Assembly (NCBI GenBank): GCA_012510855.1
Contig: JAAZHE010000011.1
Location: 1-50,097 of the forward strand
Source of the DNA: Bacillota bacterium
Lineage (GTDB): Bacteria; Bacillota; Limnochordia; DTU087
DNA length: 50,097 nt
Reading direction: 5' to 3'
The notes under the pieces are model-generated. The model made no database searches. It saw only the letters and a list, made by a program, of their open reading frames with translations, and was not told the DNA's origin. Position numbers and translations under genes: made by a program. How positions within the stretch are numbered: the stretch's first letter is position 1; each line of letters begins with the position of its first letter. Of this stretch, positions 29,514 to 39,199 are shown piece after piece.

Positions 29514-29546
29514 CCCAGGATTCATCTCGCGTAGATGAATCCTGGG
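29514..29546 (+). other. Perfect 14-bp stem-loop between the TIM-barrel gene and the permease genes
   Basis: 'cccaggattcatct-cgcgt-agatgaatcctggg'. There is no T-run downstream. Confidence 0.6.
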
Positions 29547-29688
29547 CGCTGTCTCAGCAGCTTACAATATTAAGTCAAGCCGATGATTACACGATGCTTG
29601 ACGAGGTTTTCTCGCGGCTCGGCCACTAGCTCGGATGGCACAAAGGCTGGATAAGTGTTCTCGCCTGATTACAAAAGGGGGCGATACC

Positions 29689-30675
29689 TTGTCGACCTAC
29701 ATCCTGAGGCGGATAATCGCGACAATCCCCACCCTGATTTTGATATCAATAGTCTCATTCATCATAATCCAACTGCCGCCCGGGGATTTTCTTACCTCCT
29801 ATATGGCTCAGCTCAGCCAGACTGGAGAGACGGCCGATGAAGCCATGTTAGCGGCGCTGAAAAAGCGTTACGGGCTTGATAAACCCATGTACGTTCAGTA
29901 TTTCATGTGGATTCGGGGAATCTTGCTTAGGGGCGATTTTGGTCAGTCCTTTCAATGGAACAGGCCGGTGAGTGATCTTATCTGGGAGAGGCTGGGACTG
30001 ACTGTACTAGTCTCCTTTTGTACTATGATTTTCACCTGGATAGTCGCGTTCCCTGTAGGTGTGTACTCGGCGACCCACCAGTATTCAATAGGAGACTACA
30101 TCGCTACATTCATTGGATTCATTGGAGTTGCTACACCGAGATTCATGATCGCCTTGGTGCTTATGTGGGTGGCATATGCATACTTTGGCCAGAGTGTTGG
30201 TGGGCTTTTTTCACCGGCCTTTGTGGATGCCCCATGGAGCTTTGCCAAGTTCATCGATATGCTCAAACACCTATGGATACCCATCATAGTCATCGGTATG
30301 AGCGGTACAGCTGGCCTTATAAGAACTTTTCGGGCTAATCTGCTGGATGAATTGAATAAACCATATGTGGATACGGCGAGGGCCAAAGGTGTGCCAGAGG
30401 GGAGACTGCTCTACAAATACCCTGTCAGGGTGGCTTTGATTCCCTTCATAAGTACTGTTGGCTGGTCTCTGCCGGGACTAATCTCTGGTGAGACGATAAC
30501 ATCAGTGGTATTAAGTCTACCTACTACAGGCCCTTTGCTTCTTCGAGCACTTCAGAACCAGGACATGTACCTTGCTGGAAGCTTTGTGATGCTGCTCAGC
30601 TGCCTGACAGTGGCAGGAACGCTAATATCGGATATATTGCTGGCCGCAGTAGACCCCAGGATTAGGTACGACTGA
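29689..30675 (+). CDS. ABC transporter permease (OppB/DppB type)
   Basis: The ORF opens at 29635. TTG 29689 lies ~7 nt after 'aaaggggg' and gives the family-typical N-terminus 'LSTYILRRIIATIPTL'. The EAA-like loop is 'YVDTARAKGVPEGRLLYKY'. Confidence 0.85.
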   Translation: MSTYILRRIIATIPTLILISIVSFIIIQLPPGDFLTSYMAQLSQTGETADEAMLAALKKRYGLDKPMYVQYFMWIRGILLRGDFGQSFQWNRPVSDLIWERLGLTVLVSFCTMIFTWIVAFPVGVYSATHQYSIGDYIATFIGFIGVATPRFMIALVLMWVAYAYFGQSVGGLFSPAFVDAPWSFAKFIDMLKHLWIPIIVIGMSGTAGLIRTFRANLLDELNKPYVDTARAKGVPEGRLLYKYPVRVALIPFISTVGWSLPGLISGETITSVVLSLPTTGPLLLRALQNQDMYLAGSFVMLLSCLTVAGTLISDILLAAVDPRIRYD

Positions 30676-30729
30676 TAGCTTCAGCCTACAGCCGGCGTGT
30701 AGAGATAAACGGGGATTAGGAGGAAGCTT

Positions 30730-31878
30730 ATGACCGGTGTGCGTGTTAAAAAGAGCGGCGCGAAGGCATTCTTACCGGAACCGGAGCCGAGGACTGAAGA
30801 AAAACTATACGTTGCGTCTCAGTGGCAGCTGATGTGGTGGAAATTCCGCAAGCATCGGTTAGCCCTCGTAAGCGGGATCGTGCTGATACTCATATATACC
30901 CTTGGGATATTCTGCGAGTTTTTTGCACCGTATAATCCCAACGCGTTTGACACCCAGTATGTTTACGCGCCGCCGCAGGTACCTAGGTTTTTCACTAAAG
31001 ATGGCTTCAGTTTAAGACCCGTTGTCTATGGATACAAGAGACAAATAAACCCCGAGACTCTTAGGCGAACCTATGTACCAGATCCTGACAAGGTATATCC
31101 CATTTACTTCTTTGTTAGAGGTGAGCCCTACAAACTGCTGGGACTGTGGGATACAGACATTCATCTTTTCGGAGTTAAGGAAGGTACGATGTTTATCTTA
31201 GGCACTGACCGAATGGGAAGGGATATGTTTTCCAGAATCCTATACGGAGCGAGGATATCCACTTCCATCGGTCTGGTGGGAGTGTTCGTGAGTTTTGTCT
31301 TAGGCATATTGGTAGGGGGATTCTCAGGATACTATGGAGGGGTAGTTGACCATGTGGTTCAGCGGCTCATCGAGTTCTTGAGAAGTATCCCCACCATCCC
31401 GCTATGGATGGCTCTCAGCGCTGCACTTCCCGCTCATTGGCCTCCCCTTAGGGTGTATTTCGGCATAACAATCATCCTGTCGCTGATAGGATGGACTGGG
31501 CTGGCCAGAGTGGTAAGGAGCAAGTTTCTCTCCCTGCGGGAGGAAGACTTTGTCAAGGCTGCTCGTTTTTGCGGAGCCAGCCAGACTAGAATCGTCCTAC
31601 GCCATATGGTGCCATCCTTCCTCAGCCATATCATAGCATCCATTACCTTAGCCATCCCCGATATGATCCTTGGTGAAACAAGCCTAAGCTTTCTTGGAGT
31701 TGGGCTTCGTCCGCCCGTCATCAGCTGGGGAGTTCTTCTACAAGAAGCCCAAAATGTGAGGACAGTAGCTCTAGCTCCGTGGCTCCTCTTACCTGGAGTT
31801 TTTGTCGTGATTACTGTGCTCGCGTTTAACTTCCTAGGTGATGGGCTGCGGGATGCGGCTGATCCCTATACAAGATAG
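30730..31878 (+). CDS. ABC transporter permease (OppC/DppC type) with long N-terminal extension
   Basis: 'GTDRMGRDMFSRILYGARIS' and the EAA loop 'FVKAARFCGASQTRIVLRH'. RBS 'aggagg'. Confidence 0.85.
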   Translation: MTGVRVKKSGAKAFLPEPEPRTEEKLYVASQWQLMWWKFRKHRLALVSGIVLILIYTLGIFCEFFAPYNPNAFDTQYVYAPPQVPRFFTKDGFSLRPVVYGYKRQINPETLRRTYVPDPDKVYPIYFFVRGEPYKLLGLWDTDIHLFGVKEGTMFILGTDRMGRDMFSRILYGARISTSIGLVGVFVSFVLGILVGGFSGYYGGVVDHVVQRLIEFLRSIPTIPLWMALSAALPAHWPPLRVYFGITIILSLIGWTGLARVVRSKFLSLREEDFVKAARFCGASQTRIVLRHMVPSFLSHIIASITLAIPDMILGETSLSFLGVGLRPPVISWGVLLQEAQNVRTVALAPWLLLPGVFVVITVLAFNFLGDGLRDAADPYTR

Positions 31879-31891
31879 GGGGCTTGTCCAT

Positions 31892-32899
31892 ATGAGTAAG
31901 CTCTTGGAGATCAGGAACCTCAAGACATACTTCTTTACCGACGAAGGTATTGTCAAGGCCGTAGATAGGGTTAGTTTCCATGTTGAACGAGGGAAGACCC
32001 TAGGGGTGGTCGGTGAAAGCGGCTCCGGTAAGAGTGTCACCGCTCGGTCAATCTTGAGGATAGAAGGCGCCAGAGGGAGAAGTGTAGATGGAGAGATACT
32101 CTTCCATCGGGCTCCCGGTGATACGGTGGATCTCGCAAAACTTCATCCAACGGGCCCAGAGATCAGAAGTATTAGGGGTAAGGAAATAGCTATGATATTT
32201 CAGGAGCCGATGACGGCTCTCAGCCCTGTCCATACAATTGGAAACCAGGTCATGGAGGCTATTTTGCTGCATCAAGATGTGACTAAGGAGGAAGCAAGGG
32301 AACTAGCCTTAGATATACTGAAGAGGGTCGGGATCCCCAATCCTGAGCGGAGGATCGATGAGTATCCCCATCAGCTTTCTGGGGGTATGCGCCAGCGGGC
32401 AATGATAGCCATGGCGCTTTCGTGTCACCCTAAGCTCTTGATCGCCGATGAACCGACAACTGCCTTGGATGTTACTATCCAGGCTCAGATACTGGAACTA
32501 ATGAAAGAACTTCAAGAGGAGCTGGGGACTGCCATTATGATGATCACCCACAACTTGGGTGTCATATCCGAGATGGCAGATGATGTCGTAGTCATGTATT
32601 TAGGTAGAATCGTTGAAAGTGTGTCTGTAGAAGGCCTTTTTTACAACCCCGCGCATCCCTACACCAAGGCGCTCTTGCGGTCAATACCTAGGGTGGGAAA
32701 AAAGGTCGAGAAAAGGCTGGAGTCCATTAAAGACGTAGTGCCGGATGCATATAACATACCTTCAGGGTGTACGTTCCATCCCAGATGTCCTGAGTTTCAG
32801 GAAGGGTTTTGTGATGTATATGTGCCTGAGTTGGTCGAGCTCGCGCCCGGACATCAGGTAAGCTGTCTCCTTTACAATGGGAGGGAAAGGGATGCGTAG
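31892..32899 (+). CDS. ABC transporter ATP-binding protein (OppD/DppD type)
   Basis: ATG 31892. Walker A 'GESGSGKS', signature 'LSGGMRQR', Walker B '[12 protein letters not shown]', and an oligopeptide-type C-terminal Cys motif 'GCTFHPRCP'. Confidence 0.9.
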   Translation: MSKLLEIRNLKTYFFTDEGIVKAVDRVSFHVERGKTLGVVGESGSGKSVTARSILRIEGARGRSVDGEILFHRAPGDTVDLAKLHPTGPEIRSIRGKEIAMIFQEPMTALSPVHTIGNQVMEAILLHQDVTKEEARELALDILKRVGIPNPERRIDEYPHQLSGGMRQRAMIAMALSCHPKLLIADEPTTALDVTIQAQILELMKELQEELGTAIMMITHNLGVISEMADDVVVMYLGRIVESVSVEGLFYNPAHPYTKALLRSIPRVGKKVEKRLESIKDVVPDAYNIPSGCTFHPRCPEFQEGFCDVYVPELVELAPGHQVSCLLYNGRERDA

Positions 32900-33926
32900 A
32901 GAATGCATACTGGAAGTAAGAAACTTAAAGAAGTACTTTCCCATCCGCGAAGGATTCCGCAGAAAGGTTGCCGGCTACGTGAGGGCCGTTGATGATGTAA
33001 GCTTTGCTGTGAGGGAAGGAGAAACACTTGGGCTGGTGGGTGAAAGCGGTTGCGGTAAAACCACCATAGGGATGTGTATTCTCCGGGGTTTGCAACCTAC
33101 CGCAGGGGAAATCCTTTTTAAGAAGCGAGATGGAGAAATTGTACATCTAGAGAAACTGGGGGAGAATGAACTAAGAGAACTTAGGAAAGATATCCAGTTG
33201 ATTTTCCAGGACCCTTATTCCTCCCTGAACCCCAGGATGACGATTCGAGAAATAATTGGTGAACCCCTTCTGGTACACGGTGTTGCAAGGGGTAAAGAAC
33301 TCAGAGATAGCGTGGAGGAGTTGATGCTCAAAGTAGGTCTCAGGCCTGAGTATATGAACAGGTACCCCCATGCGTTCAGCGGGGGACAGAGGCAGCGGAT
33401 AGGTATAGCCAGGGCTTTAGCTCTCAACCCCAGATTAGTTGTCTGTGATGAGCCGGTATCATCCCTTGACGTATCGATTCAGGCACAGATACTCAACCTC
33501 CTCAAAGACCTCCAGGAAGAGTCGCAGCTCACTTACATCTTTATCTCCCACGATCTCGGTGTAGTTCAGCACATCAGCGATCGGGTAGCAGTGATGTATG
33601 TGGGGAGAATAGTAGAGCTAGCCGATACCGGCGAATTGTTTGCGAATCCAAGACACCCCTACACCGAGGCACTGCTTTCGGCAGTTCCCAAACTAGATCC
33701 CAAAGCCGCCTCCAGAAGGATCCTATTGAAGGGTGAAGTAGCTGATGCATCCAATCCCCCGCCGGGGTGTTACTTCCACCCAAGGTGTAGGTATGCAGAG
33801 GACATCTGCCGCAGGAAGACCCCGGTACTGGAGGACATATACGGTGGGGATGGCGCAAAAAAGCATTACGCTGCATGTCACTTTGCCCAACAGCTCAATC
33901 TCAAGGGTATCGAAGCAATTGCGTAG
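32892..33926 (+). CDS. ABC transporter ATP-binding protein (OppF/DppF type)
   Basis: ATG 32892 overlaps the upstream stop. 'GESGCGKT', 'FSGGQRQR', '[12 protein letters not shown]', 'GCYFHPRC'. Confidence 0.9.
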   Translation: MRRECILEVRNLKKYFPIREGFRRKVAGYVRAVDDVSFAVREGETLGLVGESGCGKTTIGMCILRGLQPTAGEILFKKRDGEIVHLEKLGENELRELRKDIQLIFQDPYSSLNPRMTIREIIGEPLLVHGVARGKELRDSVEELMLKVGLRPEYMNRYPHAFSGGQRQRIGIARALALNPRLVVCDEPVSSLDVSIQAQILNLLKDLQEESQLTYIFISHDLGVVQHISDRVAVMYVGRIVELADTGELFANPRHPYTEALLSAVPKLDPKAASRRILLKGEVADASNPPPGCYFHPRCRYAEDICRRKTPVLEDIYGGDGAKKHYAACHFAQQLNLKGIEAIA

Positions 33927-33970
33927 TGTTGGCTTCTTGTTCTACTTGCCCAGGATTCATCATCCAAAGG

Positions 33971-33999
33971 GTGAATTTATGATCTGAGGGTTGTATAAT
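33971..33999 (+). promoter_or_regulatory. Candidate sigma-A-type promoter upstream of the long GH51-like gene
   Basis: -35 'gtgaat' (3/6 match), a 17-nt spacer, and a perfect -10 'tataat' (33994-33999). It would leave a ~190-nt leader. This is a by-eye prediction only. Confidence 0.3.
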
Positions 34000-34193
34000 G
34001 CCGGGTCTTAGATTTAGGATATCCAAAAGGTAATGCCCACAGGCGACAGGGAGTCAATCGAGAGGACTGCCCATGACATGATTAGATACTCAAGATGACT
34101 GCCCGGAATCTAGCCCATTGGAAGAGTATGTGACCTTAGATTTCACTAGACTTCTTCTACGTCACTGAAACAAATTTAAAGGAGAGAGATGCT

Positions 34194-36356
34194 GTGAGAA
34201 TAGAACCAGGGCACTATGGTAAAAACCTCTTGGAATTTGTCCGGACAGCCGACAACCACAAGCCGACAATCGATATCTTCCCCGACCAAAAAGGCCATCG
34301 GATTCCGGCTACCATCTTGGGCAACTTCCTGGAACATCTGGGCTTTGCCATTTACGGCGGTGTTTGGGCGCAGCTTCTGGCTAATCACGTGTTTCACCAA
34401 GAACACCACCTGGATGCCGATTCCCTGGCAAGATTGCTCCGGGATGGAGAGCTGTTGGTCGATCTTCCCAACCGGGATCCTAAGGATATCCCGCCATATT
34501 GGATACCGGGCCTGGTGGGCGCAACTGGGTTTGGAGTTGCCATTTTGGATGATGAGACTAAGGACGGCCTTCCGCTGCCCTGGGCTGTCCTGGAGGGCAA
34601 TCAAGGCCATGTCTATCCCGCTGCCGGAAGACTCGGACACGGCATTAGGCTGAGTCCCGGCGGTCAAAGCTCAGGCATCCGGCAGTCAGTATTTCTCCCA
34701 ATCCACCGGGTGACAGGATATGAGGGGCTGGCCTGGGTGCGGAGAGAAGATGGGGCAAAGGCCGGCACAACGGAACTTACGGTAGGCTTTAAGCGTCGGG
34801 GTTCGTCGCAGGTGCTGGCGGAAAGTAAGCTAGAGCCTATATCCTCCAAGTGGTCTAAAATTGCATTTCACCTGGAACTACCTGCAGGCAGCGTTGCCGA
34901 TTTTGAACCAGTAGATTTCTTCATTGCTGCCTTTGGAGCATCAGACATTCTGCTGGATAGAGTCGAGCTCTATCCCGAAGATCATATCGAAGGCTTTGAT
35001 CCTGAGATAGTCCAGCTGACTAAGGATTGGAGAGTACCCCTTCTCAGAGGTCCGGGTGGGAACTTTGTCAGCGGTTATCACTGGCGGGATGGGGTTGGCC
35101 CTCGGGATCTCCGGCCCACGAGGCCAAATCCTGCCTGGGGAGGCTTGGAATACAACGACTTCGGCACCGATGAATTTGTGCGCTTTTGCAGGCTGGTGGG
35201 AGCAGAGCCCCATATGTGTGTCAATATCGGTACAGGCACGCCGGAGGAGGCAGCTGCCTGGGTAGAATACTGCAACGGCTCTGTAGATACCTCCATGGGC
35301 AGACTGCGGGCGGAGAACGGGCATCCCGAACCTTACAACATCCGCTACTGGGAAGTTGGCAATGAGATCTACGGCTGCTGGCAGATCGGCAACTGCGGTT
35401 CCGAGGAGAATGCCAGGCGGTACAAGCTGTTTGCCGAGGCCATGCGGAAGGTTGACCCCAATATTGTACTCATCGCGACCGGCAATCCCTTTGATTTCGT
35501 CACACCGGAGCCCCACTGGAGCTTCGCAACGGCGGATCAAAACTGGCACCGGGCACTTATGGAAGAAAACGGCAGTAGTGTGGAATATATTTCGCTCCAT
35601 GCCTTACCTGAAAACACCAGGCGCATGGAAGATAAGAGCGATGAGCATGCCTATTACGGCCTCATGGCCCATCCAACCCAATGGGAAAGGGACGATCTTC
35701 CCCAACTCCTGGACCTGATGAAAGAATACGGAGTTAAGGAGCCGAAACTAGCCATCACCGAATGGGGCATCCTCGGTCCCAATGCGCGCCGCCCCCGGGT
35801 GGAAAATTTCGGTGAAGTAATCTACGCAGGGCTGTTCTTGAATCTGATGATGCGCAATGCCCCGCATATACCCATCGCGAATGCCACTGCCCTCCTCCAC
35901 GGAGGATGCATCCGCAAGGCTGGAGCGAAGACCTTTGTAGATGCCCAGTATTATGCCATCCAGCTGTACAACGACGTAGTGTCCCGCTATGCCCTTCCCT
36001 GCCGGTATCAGGGGCCGGGGTATGATATTGCAGGCGGCACGGAGACTACCCCTGTGGTGAATGATGTGCCATATCTTGATGCTGCTGCCTGCATTTCTCA
36101 AGATGGCTCTGAGCTGGTGGTCTATTTGGTGAACCGCCATCTTACTTGGGAAATGAGGCCGGTAATTAACCTCAACGGCTTTGTCCCTAAAGGAGCCGAG
36201 GGAGTTCACATGGTCTCATCGGATCCTGTGGCGGTATCCTCACCCTTGGAGCCCGAGAGGTTTAAGCCGGAGCCGTGTGATGTTACTGTCAGCGGCGATA
36301 GCCTAGAATTAGTGCTGCCGCCGTGCTCGCTGACCCGAGTGCGGCTGAGTCGGTGA
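34194..36356 (+). CDS. GH51-family glycoside hydrolase (arabinofuranosidase-like) with ~200-aa inserted domain
   Basis: GTG 34194 follows 'aaaggagagag'. 'GNFLEHLGFAIYGG' and '[20 protein letters not shown]' are present, with acid/base 'YWEVGNEIYG' and nucleophile 'LAITEWGI'. About 230 residues separate the first two motifs, versus ~40 in the 13394 AbfA. Confidence 0.8.
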   Translation: MRIEPGHYGKNLLEFVRTADNHKPTIDIFPDQKGHRIPATILGNFLEHLGFAIYGGVWAQLLANHVFHQEHHLDADSLARLLRDGELLVDLPNRDPKDIPPYWIPGLVGATGFGVAILDDETKDGLPLPWAVLEGNQGHVYPAAGRLGHGIRLSPGGQSSGIRQSVFLPIHRVTGYEGLAWVRREDGAKAGTTELTVGFKRRGSSQVLAESKLEPISSKWSKIAFHLELPAGSVADFEPVDFFIAAFGASDILLDRVELYPEDHIEGFDPEIVQLTKDWRVPLLRGPGGNFVSGYHWRDGVGPRDLRPTRPNPAWGGLEYNDFGTDEFVRFCRLVGAEPHMCVNIGTGTPEEAAAWVEYCNGSVDTSMGRLRAENGHPEPYNIRYWEVGNEIYGCWQIGNCGSEENARRYKLFAEAMRKVDPNIVLIATGNPFDFVTPEPHWSFATADQNWHRALMEENGSSVEYISLHALPENTRRMEDKSDEHAYYGLMAHPTQWERDDLPQLLDLMKEYGVKEPKLAITEWGILGPNARRPRVENFGEVIYAGLFLNLMMRNAPHIPIANATALLHGGCIRKAGAKTFVDAQYYAIQLYNDVVSRYALPCRYQGPGYDIAGGTETTPVVNDVPYLDAAACISQDGSELVVYLVNRHLTWEMRPVINLNGFVPKGAEGVHMVSSDPVAVSSPLEPERFKPEPCDVTVSGDSLELVLPPCSLTRVRLSR

Positions 36357-36450
36357 TGGCGGGTTGAAGTAGTGCGGGGCCTCTCGGAAAAGAAGGCCCC
36401 AAGGCTAAGAGGCGGATTTCTATAAACCGCGTAAGAAACTGCTTAACAGT

Positions 36451-36489
36451 AGGCTGTCCTCTGGGTTTTTGGAGGGCAGCCTGTTTTCT
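36451..36489 (+). terminator. Rho-independent terminator
   Basis: 'aggctgtcctct-gggttttt-ggagggcagcct' is a 12-bp stem including G-U pairs, followed by 'gttttctt'. Confidence 0.7.
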
Positions 36490-37061
36490 TGAGACTTACC
36501 TTACCTCATCAGTGTCTTCATTTGAAATATCCGGCTGCCCGGAAGTCCATGAAGGACTTATGGCCAGCAGATGGCAGACAGGGTTCTCTAGAAAAACCAC
36601 CGCCTTCTTATAGTCAGTATCCGGTCAGTGTGGGTTGCGATTATCGGGCACTGCCCCGGTGGAGAACATGAAAAAAAGTTTCTATTCTGGGTTCAAGGCT
36701 GCTATCCCTAAGTCACTTCCCCCTAAGTATATGGCTTTCCTGAAAGTATTTACCTACCAATAGGCAGCTGCCTTGAACAAATCCGTTTACTTCTTTCTTA
36801 TCAGTTACCATGGGTCTAGCCGGTCGGATACAGCCCAAAGCCAGATCATGAAAAAAACTTTCTGCAGGAAGAAGGAAATAACAAATCCTTAACGAATTAG
36901 ACACAGGGACTTAATTAGACAAAAAAAGAATGATTGTGCTGGGTAGATTTTAACTGGTTAATGAGGCTCTGCTGGCTGCAGTGCCAGCCAAGCTGGGGAG
37001 AGCCTAAGGGATAAAGATTGCATCACTGCTTGAATTGCTGAATTACAAGGAGGGCTGCGGC

Positions 37062-37919
37062 ATGGATCTGGGAGTTGTATCCTTGAGCTTAGGCTGTCTG
37101 GATTTTGATGATCTACTTGAATTCGTCAAGGCAATAGACGGCAGCGCTATAGAGCTCAGCACTGCAGATGGTGTTCATAACAAGACAGTGGATTTTTCAG
37201 CAGAAGGACGGCGGGTAGTTGTCGACAAGGTAAAGGCCCAAGGTCTAAGAATCGTTTCCGTAGGCGGCTATAGTGATTTTACTATTTCAGATCCAGAAGC
37301 AGTCCAAGGGCAGCTGGAGCGGCTCAGATGGTACTGCCAGCTGGCTTTAGACCTCGGTGCCCGGATCTTGCGGGTAATGGCCGGGAATCCCCGTCCGGGC
37401 CTCAGCGAGACAGAGATGATTGACAACATCATTGCCGGATTCAAGGCAGCGGTAGAGGTTGCAGAGGAATACGGAGTCATTTTTGCTTTAGAGAACCACG
37501 GGACATTGATCAATGACCTCGATGTGATGCTGAAAATCGTTGAATCGGTGGGATCCCCCTACTTCCGGGTTACCCTAGATACCGGCAATTATTGCTGGGC
37601 AGGTAAGAGTCTAGAAGAAGCTTACGTTTTCTTTGAGAAGATGGCTCCTTATACAGCAAATGTTCATTTAAAGGATTTTGTGGTTCAGCTGGACCGAAGC
37701 GTCAAGTTCGTCCCCCTAGGTGACGGGGAGTTGGACCTGAAGAGGGTACTGGACATCCTCCGTGGGGTTGGATACCAAGGTACGCTCCTTTGCGAGTATG
37801 AGGGAGTGGGTGAACCAAAAGAGCTCATTGCCGCCGGTACCTTTGATGAATACGTTGCAGAGCTCAAAGCAGGGACCAAGCGCAGTTTGGATTATATGCG
37901 TTCACTACTAAACAGCTGA
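37062..37919 (+). CDS. Xylose-isomerase-like TIM-barrel protein (sugar phosphate isomerase/epimerase family)
   Basis: ATG 37062 lies 7 nt after 'aaggaggg'. 'IFALENHG', 'VTLDTGNY', 'NVHLKDF', 'TLLCEYEG'. Confidence 0.8.
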   Translation: MDLGVVSLSLGCLDFDDLLEFVKAIDGSAIELSTADGVHNKTVDFSAEGRRVVVDKVKAQGLRIVSVGGYSDFTISDPEAVQGQLERLRWYCQLALDLGARILRVMAGNPRPGLSETEMIDNIIAGFKAAVEVAEEYGVIFALENHGTLINDLDVMLKIVESVGSPYFRVTLDTGNYCWAGKSLEEAYVFFEKMAPYTANVHLKDFVVQLDRSVKFVPLGDGELDLKRVLDILRGVGYQGTLLCEYEGVGEPKELIAAGTFDEYVAELKAGTKRSLDYMRSLLNS

Positions 37920-38001
37920 ATCAGGTCTTGAAAAATGTTCCGGAGGGGCAGCAATCAAAGGCAGAAAGGTGCAGGCGGGGACTATGGGACGAAGGGAACC
38001 C

Positions 38002-39183
38002 ATGCGGAGGCTTTATCTGGTTAACGGCAGAGTGATTACACCCTACCGGGTGATAGATTCCGGGGGCGTCGTGATCCAAGGTGAATACATAGAACAAGTC
38101 TTTTCTATGGATGAGGCCATAATCCCCCCGGAGGCTGAGCAGCTTGACGTATATGGGGCATGGATCATGCCGGGCCTCATCGATATGCACCTTCACGGTG
38201 GTGACGGTGCCGATGTCATGGATGCGACTGTTGAAGCCTTTCATGTGATAGCTGCGGCCCATGCCCGAAACGGCACCACCAGCATTGTTCCTACCACCTT
38301 GACAAGTTCATATGCGGTGCTCCGAGATGTGCTGGATGCCTTTGGCGAGGCCAAAAGGCACCGACATCAAGGTGCCCGGCTCTTGGGCATCCATCTCGAG
38401 GGTCCGTATTTCGCCTACGAACAAAGGGGGGCGCAGGATCCGCGTTACCTAAAGAACCCTGAGCCTGAGGAATACCTTGAAATCCTTGATCAGTACCCCT
38501 TTATCCTCAGGGTGTCTGCAGCACCTGAGCTTCCCGGAGCCCTGGAATTGGGAAGGGAGCTTAGGAGGCGGGGAATTGTGGCCGCCATCGGTCACACCAA
38601 CGCATACTTTGAAGATGTCTTAGCTGCAGTAGAAGCCGGCTACACCCATGTTACCCATCTGTATTCCGGCATGGAGGGGGTACGGAGGGTCAACTGCTAC
38701 CGCCGGGCGGGTACCGTCGAGGCAGGTCTTCTCCTGGATGAGCTCACGGTGGAAGTCATCGCGGATGGCAAGCATCTTCCCCCATCACTGCTGCAGCTGG
38801 TCTACAAATGCAAGGGTGCCCACGGTATGGCTCTATGTTCCGATGCACTTCGGGCTGCAGGAATGCCCGAGGGGGTATATCAGATGGGGAGTGAGGATTA
38901 TCAGGTGGTGGTGGAGGACGGCGTTGCCTGGCTGCCAGACCGGTCAGCCTTCGCGGGCAGTGTGGTGGCAGGCAGCGAGCTCCTGAGGACTATGGTAGAA
39001 CTGGCCGGTGTTCCCCTGCCGGATGCCGTCAAAATGGCAACTACCACACCAGCCCGGATCCTCAAGCTGGATGATCAACTAGGCAGTCTTGATAAAGGAA
39101 AATACGCCGATCTTGTGGTTTTGCGGGATGATTTCTCAGTCATGTTCACGATCGTCGGCGGTGAGATAGTATACAAAGGCTAA
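38002..39183 (+). CDS. nagA: N-acetylglucosamine-6-phosphate deacetylase
   Basis: 'PGLIDMHLHGGDGAD', 'GIHLEGPYF', 'AAIGHTNA', 'THLYSGM', 'IADGKH'. The ORF opens at 37969 (GTG); ATG 38002 or 37984 is the likely start. Confidence 0.85.
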   Translation: MRRLYLVNGRVITPYRVIDSGGVVIQGEYIEQVFSMDEAIIPPEAEQLDVYGAWIMPGLIDMHLHGGDGADVMDATVEAFHVIAAAHARNGTTSIVPTTLTSSYAVLRDVLDAFGEAKRHRHQGARLLGIHLEGPYFAYEQRGAQDPRYLKNPEPEEYLEILDQYPFILRVSAAPELPGALELGRELRRRGIVAAIGHTNAYFEDVLAAVEAGYTHVTHLYSGMEGVRRVNCYRRAGTVEAGLLLDELTVEVIADGKHLPPSLLQLVYKCKGAHGMALCSDALRAAGMPEGVYQMGSEDYQVVVEDGVAWLPDRSAFAGSVVAGSELLRTMVELAGVPLPDAVKMATTTPARILKLDDQLGSLDKGKYADLVVLRDDFSVMFTIVGGEIVYKG

Positions 39184-39199
39184 GTTCAGGAGGGTTAAA

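Noticed and set aside
33949-33961. 13-nt repeat 'cccaggattcatc' shared with the hairpin arm at 29514-29526
   Set aside because: A single 13-mer recurrence is expected by chance several times in 50 kb on two strands. The second copy has no complementary partner.
34941-35600. 219-aa minus-strand ORF in the supplied track
   Set aside because: It lies entirely antisense to the well-supported GH51-like CDS. It has no RBS and no recognisable motif. It is a typical shadow ORF opposite a real gene.
36490-37061. glmS ribozyme or other riboswitch upstream of the nag-like operon
   Set aside because: I could not find the conserved glmS core or any riboswitch consensus I know. Only short repeats and palindromes are present, and those are reported as a finding.
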